Assembly: GCA_903919315.1 (NCBI GenBank)
Contig: CAIXHP010000014.1
Coordinates: forward strand, 296 to 64,295
Direction: 5' to 3'
From: an uncultured Pseudomonadota bacterium
GTDB lineage: Bacteria; Pseudomonadota; Alphaproteobacteria; UBA9219
Length of the DNA stretch: 64,000 nucleotides
Position 1 is the first letter of the stretch. Every line of letters starts with the position of its first letter. The notes beneath the pieces are model-generated. The model was given only the letters and a program-made list of their open reading frames with translations. It was not told the origin of the DNA and made no database searches. The translations under genes and the position numbers were made by a program. Shown here piece by piece: positions 39,229 through 48,624 of this stretch.

Positions 39229-39651
39229 ATGTTTGAAGCATTTCGTGACACAGGACGGAAGATGACGGGGAAGGCGGGTCGGCTGTTGACTCTTTTTGCT
39301 TTGGCGGCTCAGGGTTGTTCCTCGACTCCGCCGGTTTGTTCCGGCCCCTATTATCATCCCGGCGAGACAGGGTGTGTTCAGGCAGCGCAGCAGCCGTATG
39401 GCGGTTCCGGAGGCTATGGCGGATATCAGGGGCGGGGCGGTTTTTCCAGCCCGTTGCGTGATCCTGTGTATCCGGCTCCGCCTCAGGGGTGCGTGGTGGG
39501 GGTTCCCGGCATCGGTTTTTGCGTTCTGAGCGTCGAGTATGACATGCAGCCGCGCAATCTGCTGCAGGATGTCCAGATCCGGGGCGACTACAACGGATAC
39601 TCTTCAAAGGGTTTTGGCGCGTATGGGCGTGTGAATTGGGGGCCACGATGA
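39229..39651 (+). CDS. Gly/Tyr-rich putative lipoprotein
   Basis: AGGAG upstream, lipobox LAAQGC, and GGSGGYGGYQGRGG. Confidence 0.5.
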   Translation: MFEAFRDTGRKMTGKAGRLLTLFALAAQGCSSTPPVCSGPYYHPGETGCVQAAQQPYGGSGGYGGYQGRGGFSSPLRDPVYPAPPQGCVVGVPGIGFCVLSVEYDMQPRNLLQDVQIRGDYNGYSSKGFGAYGRVNWGPR

Positions 39652-40100
39652 GTTTGAGTCTTAACTTTAAGAGAGCCGGTAAACGTCTTGGGCGGCGTGT
39701 TGTTTTCTTCGTCCTTCCCGTTGCGCTGTGTGGGCTGGCTCTTTCGGGCTGCGGCGGGAATTTTGCGGAGCAAGTCGCGCAGGGCGTGCGCGAGGGAATT
39801 GATCAGGGTATGCGTGAGGGCTTGAACCGTCCTATGCATTTTTCTCCCGGCACGGAGGCCTACACACGGCAATGCGTGAGGACGGGGAAGCACAAGTTTT
39901 ACTGCGGTGTTGGATCGGACGCATCGCAAGATTGCCGCAGAACGCCCTTTGGCTACGAATGCCAGCCACGGAATTTGGGTAATACAAATCAGGCTCCGGG
40001 CTGGTACGGGCCTCAGCCCTATTCCTATGGGCCGCAGGTTCCTTACGGCTATCCCGGACAGTATCCTCAAAGGGCGTATCCGCAGCCGCAGGCTTGGTGA
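39636..40100 (+). CDS. Pro/Tyr-rich putative lipoprotein
   Basis: Lipobox LALSGC, with the C-terminus QPRNLGNTNQAPGWYGPQPYSYGPQVPYGYPGQYPQ. It overlaps the upstream gene by 16 nt. Confidence 0.55.
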   Translation: MGATMSLSLNFKRAGKRLGRRVVFFVLPVALCGLALSGCGGNFAEQVAQGVREGIDQGMREGLNRPMHFSPGTEAYTRQCVRTGKHKFYCGVGSDASQDCRRTPFGYECQPRNLGNTNQAPGWYGPQPYSYGPQVPYGYPGQYPQRAYPQPQAW

Positions 40101-40122
40101 GCGGCGCAGGACTGCGCTTGTT

Positions 40123-40671
40123 TTAGCGGGCGGGCGCGGACGTTTTCAGGAATTCGATTTCTTCCGGCGTTGACTCGCGGCCCAGCAGCGCGTTTCGGTG
40201 GGGGAAGCGGCCAAAGCGCAGGATCGTGCGCAGCCGCCATTCGGCGGTGTCGAGCCATACCGCTTCCTTGGTGCGTTCGCGGACAAAGAACACGGCCAGT
40301 CGTTGGTCGCCGTCCAATTCGGAATGCTCGAACGGCAGATAGAAAAACAATTTGAATTGGCGGTCGATGCGGTCGTCGAAGTGCCGGATGATGGCCGCGC
40401 GCGCGAGTTCCAGCGCCATATCGTCGGTGGCGTAGGCTTGCGGCGTGCCGCGAAACATGCGGCGCGGGAAGGTGTCGAGCAGGAGCAAAAGCGTCAGGAC
40501 GCCTTCGGGCGTTTCTTCCCATTTCTTGAATTCGCCGCGCGCCGCTTTTGCGTGCATGTCGAGAAAACGCGTGCGCACGGCCTCGTCCAGCGCCGGATCG
40601 GGTGCGAACCAGCGATCAGGGCCGACTTCGAGAAACCAGAAATTGAGAATGTCCTCGGTGTCCACAGTCAT
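40123..40671 (-). CDS. DUF924-family protein
   Basis: ILNFWF...RWFAPDPALD...LLLLDTFPRRMFRGTPQAYATD...RFGRFPHRNALLGRESTPEE. Confidence 0.85.
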   Translation of the reverse strand: MTVDTEDILNFWFLEVGPDRWFAPDPALDEAVRTRFLDMHAKAARGEFKKWEETPEGVLTLLLLLDTFPRRMFRGTPQAYATDDMALELARAAIIRHFDDRIDRQFKLFFYLPFEHSELDGDQRLAVFFVRERTKEAVWLDTAEWRLRTILRFGRFPHRNALLGRESTPEEIEFLKTSAPAR

Positions 40672-40727
40672 GGGGCCGAGCGTAACGGCGGAGTGTTACC
40701 GAAGTCTTACCGCGCCGCTCTTTGGGT

Positions 40728-41321
40728 CTATTTCGTTGGCCAAGTGCGGATATTGCCCAAATCCACATGGACGTGGTTGTCGCTGGGGTAAAAGGATACG
40801 CCGCCGCGCTGCATGGTTTTGGCGATTTCGGCGATGGCGCTGCCGTTCACGCCGGGGACGCGGAAATCCACCGCCCACCCATGTATGTGGAGGCTTTCCT
40901 TGGCCACTTGGCCGTTGGTCTGCCGCAGGCCTGCGTTGGTGTCTTGGGTGCGGTAGCCGGACAGAATCTCGAACGTCACCGTGGGCGGCAGGGCGAGGCG
41001 CGAACGAATGTCGACCAGAAAGTCGATCAGTTCCGGGTCGATGGTGCCGACAACGTCGGCGTGGCGGTCGCGGAACAGGCGGTTGATGGCCGCCATGGCC
41101 GCCGGGTCATAGCCGTTGTCATGGTAGTAGGTGAGATTCAACCGCTCGCCGCTGCGCGGATGGGCCACGACGATGCTGCGCTCGGCCACGGCATCGGGGC
41201 GCGTTTTGATGCCGCCGTATTGTTTGACCAGTTTGCCCGACGGGCCCGCGCGACCGCAGCCGACGAGGAGCGTGACCAGAAGCAGGAGGACGACCGAGCG
41301 TTTTGTCATGCCGTCCGCCAC
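40728..41321 (-). CDS. DUF882 / peptidase M15A (YcbK-like) lipoprotein
   Basis: Lipobox LLVGC, then ILSGYRTQDTN...ESLHIHGWAVDFRVPGV...GGVSFYPSDNHVHVD. Confidence 0.85.
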   Translation of the reverse strand: MADGMTKRSVVLLLLVTLLVGCGRAGPSGKLVKQYGGIKTRPDAVAERSIVVAHPRSGERLNLTYYHDNGYDPAAMAAINRLFRDRHADVVGTIDPELIDFLVDIRSRLALPPTVTFEILSGYRTQDTNAGLRQTNGQVAKESLHIHGWAVDFRVPGVNGSAIAEIAKTMQRGGVSFYPSDNHVHVDLGNIRTWPTK

Positions 41322-41947
41322 GCCGGATTGATGCCATAGCGTCCGTCGTCCGTCACGAACAAGTCGCGTCCGTCCGGCACCGCGCGGCGCAGCCGGTAGA
41401 GGTGGGTTTCCAGCGTGTGCGTGTCGATGGAGCCGTCATAGCCCCACACGGCGGCGAGAATCTCGTCGCGCGCGACGGGCTGTTCCGCGCGGCAGAGATA
41501 TTCGAGCAAACTGGATTCCTTGTCCGTCAGTTGCGCGACTTCGCCGCCGTCGCGATCCGTCACCAGCCGCGTGCGCGGCGCGAAGCGATAGGGGCCGAGC
41601 GCAAAGCTTACGTTCGTCGCTTGTTGTTGTGCCTGAAGGTAAAACTGGACGCGTGCCAGCAGATAGCCGAGGCGCACCGGTTTGGGGAAGCCTTCTGTGA
41701 CGGCTTCGGCCTGAAGGCGGCCTTCGGCTGTGCCGAGGACGAGCCGCAACGCTTCGCCCGCCTCCGTCAGGCCGTCGCCCAGCGCTTCTTCGTCGAACAC
41801 CACCACGGACGGCGTTCCTGTGCCCCAAGCCGCGCGGGCTTCGTCGAGCGTCGCAAAGGCCGTCGCCTCTATGCCCGCAAGGCGCGTTTGTTCGACCACC
41901 GCGCGCCGCGCAACGGGATCGGGGATGATAAGGTGGAGCGAAGCCAT
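41306..41947 (-). CDS. OmpR-type winged-helix regulator with an atypical receiver domain
   Basis: C-terminal LTDKESSLLEYLCRAEQPVARDEILAAVWGYDGSIDTHTLETHLYRLRR. The receiver has IIPDP in place of the DD acidic pair but keeps VVVFD and a KP motif. Confidence 0.78.
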   Translation of the reverse strand: MASLHLIIPDPVARRAVVEQTRLAGIEATAFATLDEARAAWGTGTPSVVVFDEEALGDGLTEAGEALRLVLGTAEGRLQAEAVTEGFPKPVRLGYLLARVQFYLQAQQQATNVSFALGPYRFAPRTRLVTDRDGGEVAQLTDKESSLLEYLCRAEQPVARDEILAAVWGYDGSIDTHTLETHLYRLRRAVPDGRDLFVTDDGRYGINPAWRTA

Positions 41948-42151
41948 CGCGCCGTTGTCCGTCATGAGGTCAGGCCTTGGAGGGTAGCAGGGCTGTGATC
42001 GCGAAGGCTAAGGCAGCATTCCTTTCATGACAATGGAAATGCGTTGGGGCGGCAATTGTTGCCGGAGGCGGTGCGTGGGGCGGAGGTAAGGCTTTGATCG
42101 GCAACGATTGATGCGGTGGCATGGGGCTTGCAAGTACAGGGCGGGGGCTGC

Positions 42152-43165
42152 ATGAGTCATTTTGTCAATCCGTTGTTGCTGGGCCGACCGATGGTCACAG
42201 CGGGGTTCGATCCGTCGGGGGGCGCGGCGGGCGCGGCGCGGAATTTTGCGGCCAACGCTCCGGCGAAGGACGCGGGTTTTGCTCAAGAGCTGGCCGCGAC
42301 GCAGAAACAGGCCGCAGCGCCAGCGGCTGCGCCCAAGCCGTCGGCCCCGGCGCGGACGGACACAACCGCTGCGCTCATCGACCCGGCCACGGACGACGAG
42401 TCGTTCGGCGTGACCGATGTTCTCGATATTCTAAATCCGCTGCAGCACATTCCGCTTCTCGGCATGCTTTACCGCGAGGTGACGGGCGACACGATCAAGC
42501 CGGTGTCGCAGGTCGTGGGCGATATTGGCTATGGTTTGGTGATCGGGGGCGTGGCGGTCAGCGTCGTCAGCGCGATTGCCAGCGCCGCTTTTGAGCAACA
42601 GACCGGCGAGTCGCCTTTGACGCAAGTTGCCGACGCTCTGTTCGGCGGTGACGAGGAGGCTGAGCCATCGAATGCCGGCACGACGATGTTGGCGCAGGCG
42701 ACTCCGCAGGCCGCTCCGGCTCCGGCTTCCGCTCCGGCCGCCACAGCGTCGCCGCCGGTCGCGACGGTCGCGGCGGCCAAGCAGCCTTACGGCGGCGTGA
42801 TGGCTCCGGCGGCGCAGCAGGGGGCTTTGGCTTCGTCATCGTCGATGACGCGGATCGGCAATACCGTTTATGCGGGGCCGCTGCTGCACAGCGCGGCGCG
42901 TGTGGCGGCGACTCGGCCTGCGGCGACTCCGGTTCCGGCCAATGCTTCGTTGGCCAGCGCGGCGGCATCGCTGCCTTTGCCGGGGGCTTCGTCCGGGGAC
43001 AGCGCGACGCTCGGCCAGATGATGCATGATTCCGCGCGCACATCGCAAAAGGGCGAGCCTCTGCCGCCCGATCTGGTGCATGACATGATGCTGATGGCGC
43101 TCGACAAATACAAAACCGCCGAGGGCATGGCTCCCAGCGCGATGAAGACCAACGGGACGAATTAG
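42152..43165 (+). CDS. Ala/Pro-rich hypothetical protein with one central hydrophobic segment
   Basis: Long ORF containing DVLDILNPLQHIPLLGMLYREVTGD and GYGLVIGGVAVSVVSAIASAAF. Confidence 0.55.
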   Translation: MSHFVNPLLLGRPMVTAGFDPSGGAAGAARNFAANAPAKDAGFAQELAATQKQAAAPAAAPKPSAPARTDTTAALIDPATDDESFGVTDVLDILNPLQHIPLLGMLYREVTGDTIKPVSQVVGDIGYGLVIGGVAVSVVSAIASAAFEQQTGESPLTQVADALFGGDEEAEPSNAGTTMLAQATPQAAPAPASAPAATASPPVATVAAAKQPYGGVMAPAAQQGALASSSSMTRIGNTVYAGPLLHSAARVAATRPAATPVPANASLASAAASLPLPGASSGDSATLGQMMHDSARTSQKGEPLPPDLVHDMMLMALDKYKTAEGMAPSAMKTNGTN

Positions 43166-43228
43166 GGCGCGGGCTTCTTTGGTCGGGGTGGTTGGGCGCT
43201 CCCTCACGGACAGCACTGGTAACGATAA

Positions 43229-43561
43229 GCTGATCACTTATCCTACTCTAGGCGTTTTTTCAGGAGCAACCCTGCTGAACGGTATGATCGAGCAGCTCAT
43301 ATTAACGCTAGTTTTGTTCGAGATTTGCTCATTGAAGCATACGCTTATACGAACTATCAAAACGCTTATGAGGGCAAGCCCAATAACTGTGGGGATTTAG
43401 TGCATGACTCTTTTAAAGCGAGTAGCGCAAACATTCCGGGAAAGTCTTTGTCAAGGTACATTCCAACTAGGCCGAACAATCAGTATGCGGGCGTGCTAGA
43501 TTTGTCTGGGATGTCAATCCCATCACAGCGTGGTCGCTTCCCTCATACGCCGATTCCTTGA
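43229..43561 (+). pseudogene. start-less ORF with an N-x-C motif (possible remnant of a papain/NlpC-like enzyme or toxin domain)
   Basis: Open frame with no ATG or GTG before TTG 43325. It contains YEGKPNNCGDLVHDSFKASSANIPG, and a neighbouring frame is also open upstream. AT-rich islet. Confidence 0.25.
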
Positions 43562-43609
43562 AAATCGGATCTGTGCAATAAGGAAATCTATTAAAGAGAG
43601 GCGGATATC

Positions 43610-44083
43610 ATGAGAAGGATCGGCATCGACGCTCTTGTTCTAATCCTGCAGACGCTTCCTTGCGTTTTGTGGTTTGTGCCGTTGCCTCATCCCCTTGGTG
43701 GCTACTTAGGGATAAATGGGGGCGCTGTAGACATCGTGTTTTCTGGCGCTGTGGCGATTATGGGAGCATACCTTCTTGTGCGTTTTGTTCAACCTCCGCG
43801 TAAATGGTCTTACACTTTTGATGCGTTGTCTGTTTCCATTTTGGTTGTTCTAGCAACCGATTTTATCACCCTGCAATACAGTCGTAATGACAACTACGAC
43901 ACCATTGTTCCTCTGAGCCTCGTTTTAAGTTTGCCTATTGTTTTGGCGATGAATATATCTGCTCTAGCTCTTGTAATCGCAATTACGCGGATCAAACGAC
44001 GCAGCATTGTTGGTGAACATGCGGAGGTATTCCTCCCGCCAGTTCCAAACAGTCACCGTGGCGCACGCGACCCGAAGCCGTAA
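43610..44083 (+). CDS. hypothetical 4-TM membrane protein
   Basis: GAGAGG upstream of the ATG, four hydrophobic helices, AT-rich codon usage compared with the flanks. Confidence 0.55.
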   Translation: MRRIGIDALVLILQTLPCVLWFVPLPHPLGGYLGINGGAVDIVFSGAVAIMGAYLLVRFVQPPRKWSYTFDALSVSILVVLATDFITLQYSRNDNYDTIVPLSLVLSLPIVLAMNISALALVIAITRIKRRSIVGEHAEVFLPPVPNSHRGARDPKP

Positions 44084-44107
44084 CTGAAGTGGGGGCGGTT
44101 TGACAAG

Positions 44108-44725
44108 TTGCCTCGCGCCTCGCATTCTTGGCCGATGGTTCAGGGAGCTTCGGCGCGGCGTTCGCGAAAGACGATCAGGATTCCAACGCCCGACAATCTG
44201 GTGAATGTGGCGCTGTATTACCTCAGCCGTTTTGCGGCTTCCGAGGCCAGCTTGCGGCGCGCGCTGGAAAATCGCGTGCGGCGGGCGGCGCTGGCGCATC
44301 CTGACTTTGCCGCCGACGAGGCGGCGCGGGGGGCGTTGCAGCAGGTCATTGCGGGCATCGTCGCCAAGCACAAAGCTTCGGGCGTTCTGAACGATGCCGC
44401 TTTTGCCGAGATGAAAGTTCGCAGCTTGCGCCGCGCCGGACGCAGCGCGCGGCGCATCACGCAACAGTTGCAGCACAAGGGCGTTGCCGCCGCCACCATC
44501 GCCACCGCTTTGTTGCCGGAGGACGACGGCGATGCCGAAGGCGACGAGCTTCAGGCCGCGCGGGCCTTTGCCCGCCGTCGCGGGCTTGGCCCCTATCGCA
44601 AGAAGGCGGCGGATGCCGATCAACTTCGCAAGGATATCGCTTCGTTCGCGCGCGCCGGATTTTCCTATGACATTTCACGCCAGATTCTGGGGGCGAGCGC
44701 GTTGGAGCTGGACGATCAGGACTGA
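44108..44725 (+). CDS. recX: recombination regulator RecX
   Basis: NVALYYLSRFAASEASLRRAL...GVLNDAAFAEMKVRSLRRAGRSARRITQQLQHKGV shows RecX three-helix repeats. Start uncertain (TTG 44108 or ATG 44135). Confidence 0.82.
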   Translation: MPRASHSWPMVQGASARRSRKTIRIPTPDNLVNVALYYLSRFAASEASLRRALENRVRRAALAHPDFAADEAARGALQQVIAGIVAKHKASGVLNDAAFAEMKVRSLRRAGRSARRITQQLQHKGVAAATIATALLPEDDGDAEGDELQAARAFARRRGLGPYRKKAADADQLRKDIASFARAGFSYDISRQILGASALELDDQD

Positions 44726-45387
44726 GGGCGTTCGCCGAAAAGCGCCGTGCCGATGCGGACTTCGGTCGCGCCGCAGGCGATGGCGGCCTCGTAATCCGCG
44801 CTCATGCCCATGCTGACATGCGCGAGGGTGTGGCGGTCGGCGAGGGTTTTGAGCGCACGGAAATGCGGCGCGGGGTCTTCGCCGTGCGGCGGGATGCACA
44901 TGAGGCCGCAGGGGGACAGGCCGTGTTCGTCGCGGCATTGGCGCAGAAAATCATCCAAGGCTTCCGGCATTACGCCCGCTTTTTGCGGTTCGCGGCCCAG
45001 ATTGACCTCGATATACAGGCGCGGGCTTTGTCCGGTTTTGCGGATCGCTTTCGCCAAGGCCGCTGCCAGCGCGGGGCGATCCAGCGTTTGGATGACATCG
45101 AACAATTCCACGGCGGCTTCGGCCTTGTTGGTCTGCAACGGGCCGATCAGATGCAGCTCTAGCCCCGGATGAGCGCGGCGCAGGGCGGGGAATTTGGCGG
45201 CCGCTTCCTGCACCCGGTTTTCGCCGAAACGGGTTTGTCCTGCCTGCAATGCCTCTGTGATAGCTTCGACGGGGTGAAATTTGCTGACCGCGACCAGCCG
45301 TACGCCGCCGGGGTCGCGTCCAGCCTTGAAGGCGGCGGTGGCGATTTTTTCCCTTATAAAGCTTAGATTTTCTTCGATAACGGTCAT
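44716..45387 (-). CDS. yggS: YggS-family pyridoxal-phosphate homeostasis protein
   Basis: [15 protein letters not shown] (PLP Lys), [10 protein letters not shown] and [22 protein letters not shown]. Confidence 0.92.
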   Translation of the reverse strand: MTVIEENLSFIREKIATAAFKAGRDPGGVRLVAVSKFHPVEAITEALQAGQTRFGENRVQEAAAKFPALRRAHPGLELHLIGPLQTNKAEAAVELFDVIQTLDRPALAAALAKAIRKTGQSPRLYIEVNLGREPQKAGVMPEALDDFLRQCRDEHGLSPCGLMCIPPHGEDPAPHFRALKTLADRHTLAHVSMGMSADYEAAIACGATEVRIGTALFGERPQS

Positions 45388-45508
45388 GCGAAGTCGTTTC
45401 CTTGCGCGAAAAAGCGGTAGCAGCGGGGCTGTTGTTTGTGATTTGACAATCGGCCCCTTTGGCAAGCACATTAGCGCTTATTCGGTTCCAACTCTATTGG
45501 TGCAAGAT

Positions 45509-46963
45509 ATGTCCATCGTTCAAGGTACGACCGGCCCATGGGAAATGGTGATCGGGCTTGAGGTTCACGCGCAGGTTACGTCCGAGGCCAAGCTGTTTTC
45601 CGGCGCTTCCGCCGCGTTCGGCGGCGCGCCAAACGCGCATGTCAGCCTTGTGGATGCCGCGTTTCCCGGCATGTTGCCCGTCATCAACGGCACCTGCGTG
45701 GAACAAGCCGTGCGCACCGGCTTGGGGCTTAAGGCGCAGATCAACCTCACGTCCGTGTTTGATCGCAAGAATTATTTTTACGCCGATTTGCCGTCGGGCT
45801 ATCAGATCAGCCAGTATCTGCAACCCATCGTGGGCAAGGGTGAAATTCTGCTTGATCTCGCCGACGGTTCGACCCGCACGGTCGGCATCACGCGGCTGCA
45901 TCTGGAGCAGGACGCGGGCAAGAGCATGCACGACCAAAGTCCGACCGAAACCTATGTCGATTTGAACCGCTCCGGCGTCGCGCTGATGGAAATCGTGTCG
46001 GAGCCTGATATGCGTTCGGGCGAAGAGGCGGCCGCGTATCTGAAAAAGCTGCGCGCCATTTTGCGCTATCTCGGCACCTGCGACGGCAATATGGAGGAAG
46101 GCTCCATGCGCGCCGATGTCAATTTGTCGATGCGCCGCGTCGGCGATCCCAAGCTCGGCACGCGTTGCGAGATCAAGAATGTGAACTCCATCCGCTTTGT
46201 GATGCAGGCCATCGAATACGAGGCGCAGCGGCAGGTGGAGATTTTGGAATCCGGCGGCACCGTTCATCAGGAAACGCGGTTGTGGGACACCGGCAAGGGT
46301 GTCACGCGCTCTATGCGCTCGAAGGAAGAGGCGCATGATTACCGCTATTTTCCCGATCCCGATCTGTTGCCGCTCAAGCTCGATCCCGCGATGGTCGAGA
46401 AAATCAAGGCCACGTTGCCGGAGTTGCCGGACGAAAAGCGGGCGCGGTTTATCCGCGATTTCGGGCTTAAGGCGTATGACGCTTCGGTGCTGGTGGCGGA
46501 ACGCGCTTCGGCGGATTTTTATGAGAAAGTGGCCAAGGGCCGCGACGGCAAACTGGCCGCCAACTGGGTGACGGGGGAGTTGTTCGGCGCTCTGAACCGC
46601 CTCGGCAAAGGTATCGAGAGCAGCCCGGTGAGCGCCGAGGCTTTGGGCAGCCTCATCGACCTCATCGCCGACGCGACGATTTCCAACCGCATCGCCAAGG
46701 ACGTGTTCGAGGCGATGATCGAAACCGGCAAGCCTGCGTCCGCCATCGTCGAGGAAAAAGGCTTGCGCCAAGTCACCGACACCGGCGCGATCGAGGCCGC
46801 CATCGACCAGATTCTGGCCGCCAACGCCGACAAAGTCGCGGAATACCGCAGCGGCAAGGACAAACTGTTCGGCTTCTTTGTCGGGCAGGTCATGAAGGCG
46901 ACCGGCGGCAAAGCCAACCCCGCGATGCTGAATGATTTGCTGGGGAAAAAGCTGAAGGGGTGA
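45509..46963 (+). CDS. gatB: Asp/Glu-tRNA amidotransferase subunit B
   Basis: [38 protein letters not shown] and the C-terminal GatB/YqeY tail [25 protein letters not shown]. Confidence 0.97.
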   Translation: MSIVQGTTGPWEMVIGLEVHAQVTSEAKLFSGASAAFGGAPNAHVSLVDAAFPGMLPVINGTCVEQAVRTGLGLKAQINLTSVFDRKNYFYADLPSGYQISQYLQPIVGKGEILLDLADGSTRTVGITRLHLEQDAGKSMHDQSPTETYVDLNRSGVALMEIVSEPDMRSGEEAAAYLKKLRAILRYLGTCDGNMEEGSMRADVNLSMRRVGDPKLGTRCEIKNVNSIRFVMQAIEYEAQRQVEILESGGTVHQETRLWDTGKGVTRSMRSKEEAHDYRYFPDPDLLPLKLDPAMVEKIKATLPELPDEKRARFIRDFGLKAYDASVLVAERASADFYEKVAKGRDGKLAANWVTGELFGALNRLGKGIESSPVSAEALGSLIDLIADATISNRIAKDVFEAMIETGKPASAIVEEKGLRQVTDTGAIEAAIDQILAANADKVAEYRSGKDKLFGFFVGQVMKATGGKANPAMLNDLLGKKLKG

Positions 46964-46964
46964 G

Positions 46965-47050
46965 GGCGGGGATGACGGTAGATGGTTGAATTCACACGAA
47001 AATTACGTCATGCCCGCGAAGGCGGGCATCCCGTTTGGTTCCTTCTTTAT
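46965..47050. repeat. Family A hairpin repeat
   Basis: GGGGATGAC...GTCATGCCCGCGAAGGCGGGCATCCCGTTTGGTTCCTTCTTTATGATC, directly after the gatB stop. Confidence 0.85.
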
Positions 47051-47058
47051 GATCCTTT

Positions 47059-48105
47059 TTAGCGGGCAACGTTTTTATTCCCGGCATCGCCCTTGCGGAG
47101 CGCCCCCCTCCCTGACCCTCCGCGCGAGGGGGAGGGGATTGCTGTGTCGGCTCTTTTGGGCCAACTTTCCAACAATGTCGCCATATCTTTCGGCATCGGA
47201 GTCGTGAAGCGCATGGCTTTGCCGGTGCGGGGGTGGATGAAGGTGAGTTCGGCGGCGTGGAGGGCTTGCCGCGAAAAGCCCGCGACCTTGCCGCCCCGCC
47301 CATAGGTCGGATCGCCGACCAAGGGATGCCCGATATGCGCCATATGCACGCGGATCTGGTGCGTCCGCCCTGTGGCCAGCTTGCATTCGATCAGGCTCGC
47401 CGTGGTCGCGCCCGCGCCCAACCGCTCCACGAGTTTGTAATGCGTCAAAGCCGCCTTGCCGCCGTGGCGCACCACCGCCATTTTCTTGCGGTCGCGGGGA
47501 TGGCGGCCAATCGCGCCTTCGACCGACCCGGCGACGAGATTGAGCGCGCCCCAGACCAAGGCCTGATAAACGCGGCTCAGGCTCCTGTCGGCGAACTGGC
47601 GCGACAAGGCTTGATGCGCGGCATCGTGTTTGGCCACCACCATGAGGCCGCTGGTGTCCTTGTCGAGGCGATGGACGATGCCGGGCCGCGCCACGCCGCC
47701 GATGCCGCTCAGGCTGTCGCCGCAATGCGCCAACAGGGCGTTGACGAGCGTGCGATCCCGATTTCCGGCGGCGGGATGCACCACCAGCCCCGCAGGCTTA
47801 TCGACGACCAGCAGATCGGCATCTTCATAAACGATCCGCAGCGGCATGGCCTGAGCCTCGGGCAAAGCGGGTTCCGGCGGCAGAAGCGTGACGGTGTAAA
47901 CTTCGCCCGCATGAACCTTGTCGCTGGCATCCAGCGCGGCGTTTCCTGCGCGCGCCACCAGCCCCGCCTTGATCAACCGCTGCACCCCCGCCCGCGAAGG
48001 CGGAGTCTGCGAAGGCGCGGCCACAACCCAAGCCTCCACCAACGCCCGATCAAGCCGCGAAGCTTCCAGCCCTGCCGTTATAAAAATAGTAAGAGTCTCC
48101 GTCAT
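47059..48105 (-). CDS. rluD: 23S rRNA pseudouridine synthase (RluD/RluA family) with a repeat-encoded C-terminal extension
   Basis: S4-like N-terminus, HRLDKDTSGLMVVAK and GRTHQIRVHMAHIGHPLVGD. The last 30 or so aa (..AIPSPSRGGSGRGALRKGDAGNKNVAR) are encoded by a family B unit. Confidence 0.88.
   Translation of the reverse strand: MTETLTIFITAGLEASRLDRALVEAWVVAAPSQTPPSRAGVQRLIKAGLVARAGNAALDASDKVHAGEVYTVTLLPPEPALPEAQAMPLRIVYEDADLLVVDKPAGLVVHPAAGNRDRTLVNALLAHCGDSLSGIGGVARPGIVHRLDKDTSGLMVVAKHDAAHQALSRQFADRSLSRVYQALVWGALNLVAGSVEGAIGRHPRDRKKMAVVRHGGKAALTHYKLVERLGAGATTASLIECKLATGRTHQIRVHMAHIGHPLVGDPTYGRGGKVAGFSRQALHAAELTFIHPRTGKAMRFTTPMPKDMATLLESWPKRADTAIPSPSRGGSGRGALRKGDAGNKNVAR
47083..47142. repeat. 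Family B solo end, inside the 3' end of rluD
   Basis: GCCCTTGCGGAGCGCCCCCCTCCCTGACCCTCCGCGCGAGGGGGAGGGGATTGC, near-identical to the right end of 13864-14019. Confidence 0.8.
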
Positions 48106-48166
48106 AACCTTGATCTATAATCCCCTAACCGTTAAGATAGCCAATCTTTTCCAACAGGAGCCCCCC

Positions 48167-48541
48167 ATGCGCCGCACCGCCCTCATCCTTTTAGCTGCCA
48201 CGTTGTTTGCGGGGAGTGTTCAGGCATCGGACTATGAACCCATTTTTGGAAGAGCGACCTGCGGCGCGGCATTCTCCTGCATGGCCGGCATGAAAAACGG
48301 ATTGGACATCAACAAAGTCATTGCCACGGCCAATTCGTGCGTGTCCCAAAACTTTGGCTTTGTCAGCAGCAGCAGTCTTTTCTTGGATGAAATGGGATTA
48401 AATGGCTCAAATTGTCTAACCGCCAAGCCCCCCGTTGCAAAGAGTGAGCGCGGCCGGACAATGACCCCGCGCTGCTGCATCGTGCCCGCAAAAGTTAGCG
48501 GCACATGTCAGGTCTCATGCGAACTTTACGGCATTAGGTAA
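48167..48541 (+). CDS. secreted Cys-rich small protein (124 aa, 10 Cys)
   Basis: AGGAG upstream and signal peptide MRRTALILLAATLFAGSVQA. No recognisable family. Confidence 0.55.
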   Translation: MRRTALILLAATLFAGSVQASDYEPIFGRATCGAAFSCMAGMKNGLDINKVIATANSCVSQNFGFVSSSSLFLDEMGLNGSNCLTAKPPVAKSERGRTMTPRCCIVPAKVSGTCQVSCELYGIR

Positions 48542-48582
48542 GTTCCCCCGCGCATACACCGTTACCCGCAATAATAATTAAA

Positions 48583-48617
48583 GCCGCCCCCCACAATGGA
48601 GGAGCGGCTGATTTTTC
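48583..48617. terminator. hairpin between convergent genes (weak, possibly bidirectional terminator)
   Basis: AGCCGC(CC)...(GG)AGCGGCT followed by GATTTTT. The complement is followed by TTTAATT. Confidence 0.4.
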
Positions 48618-48624
48618 GCGACCG

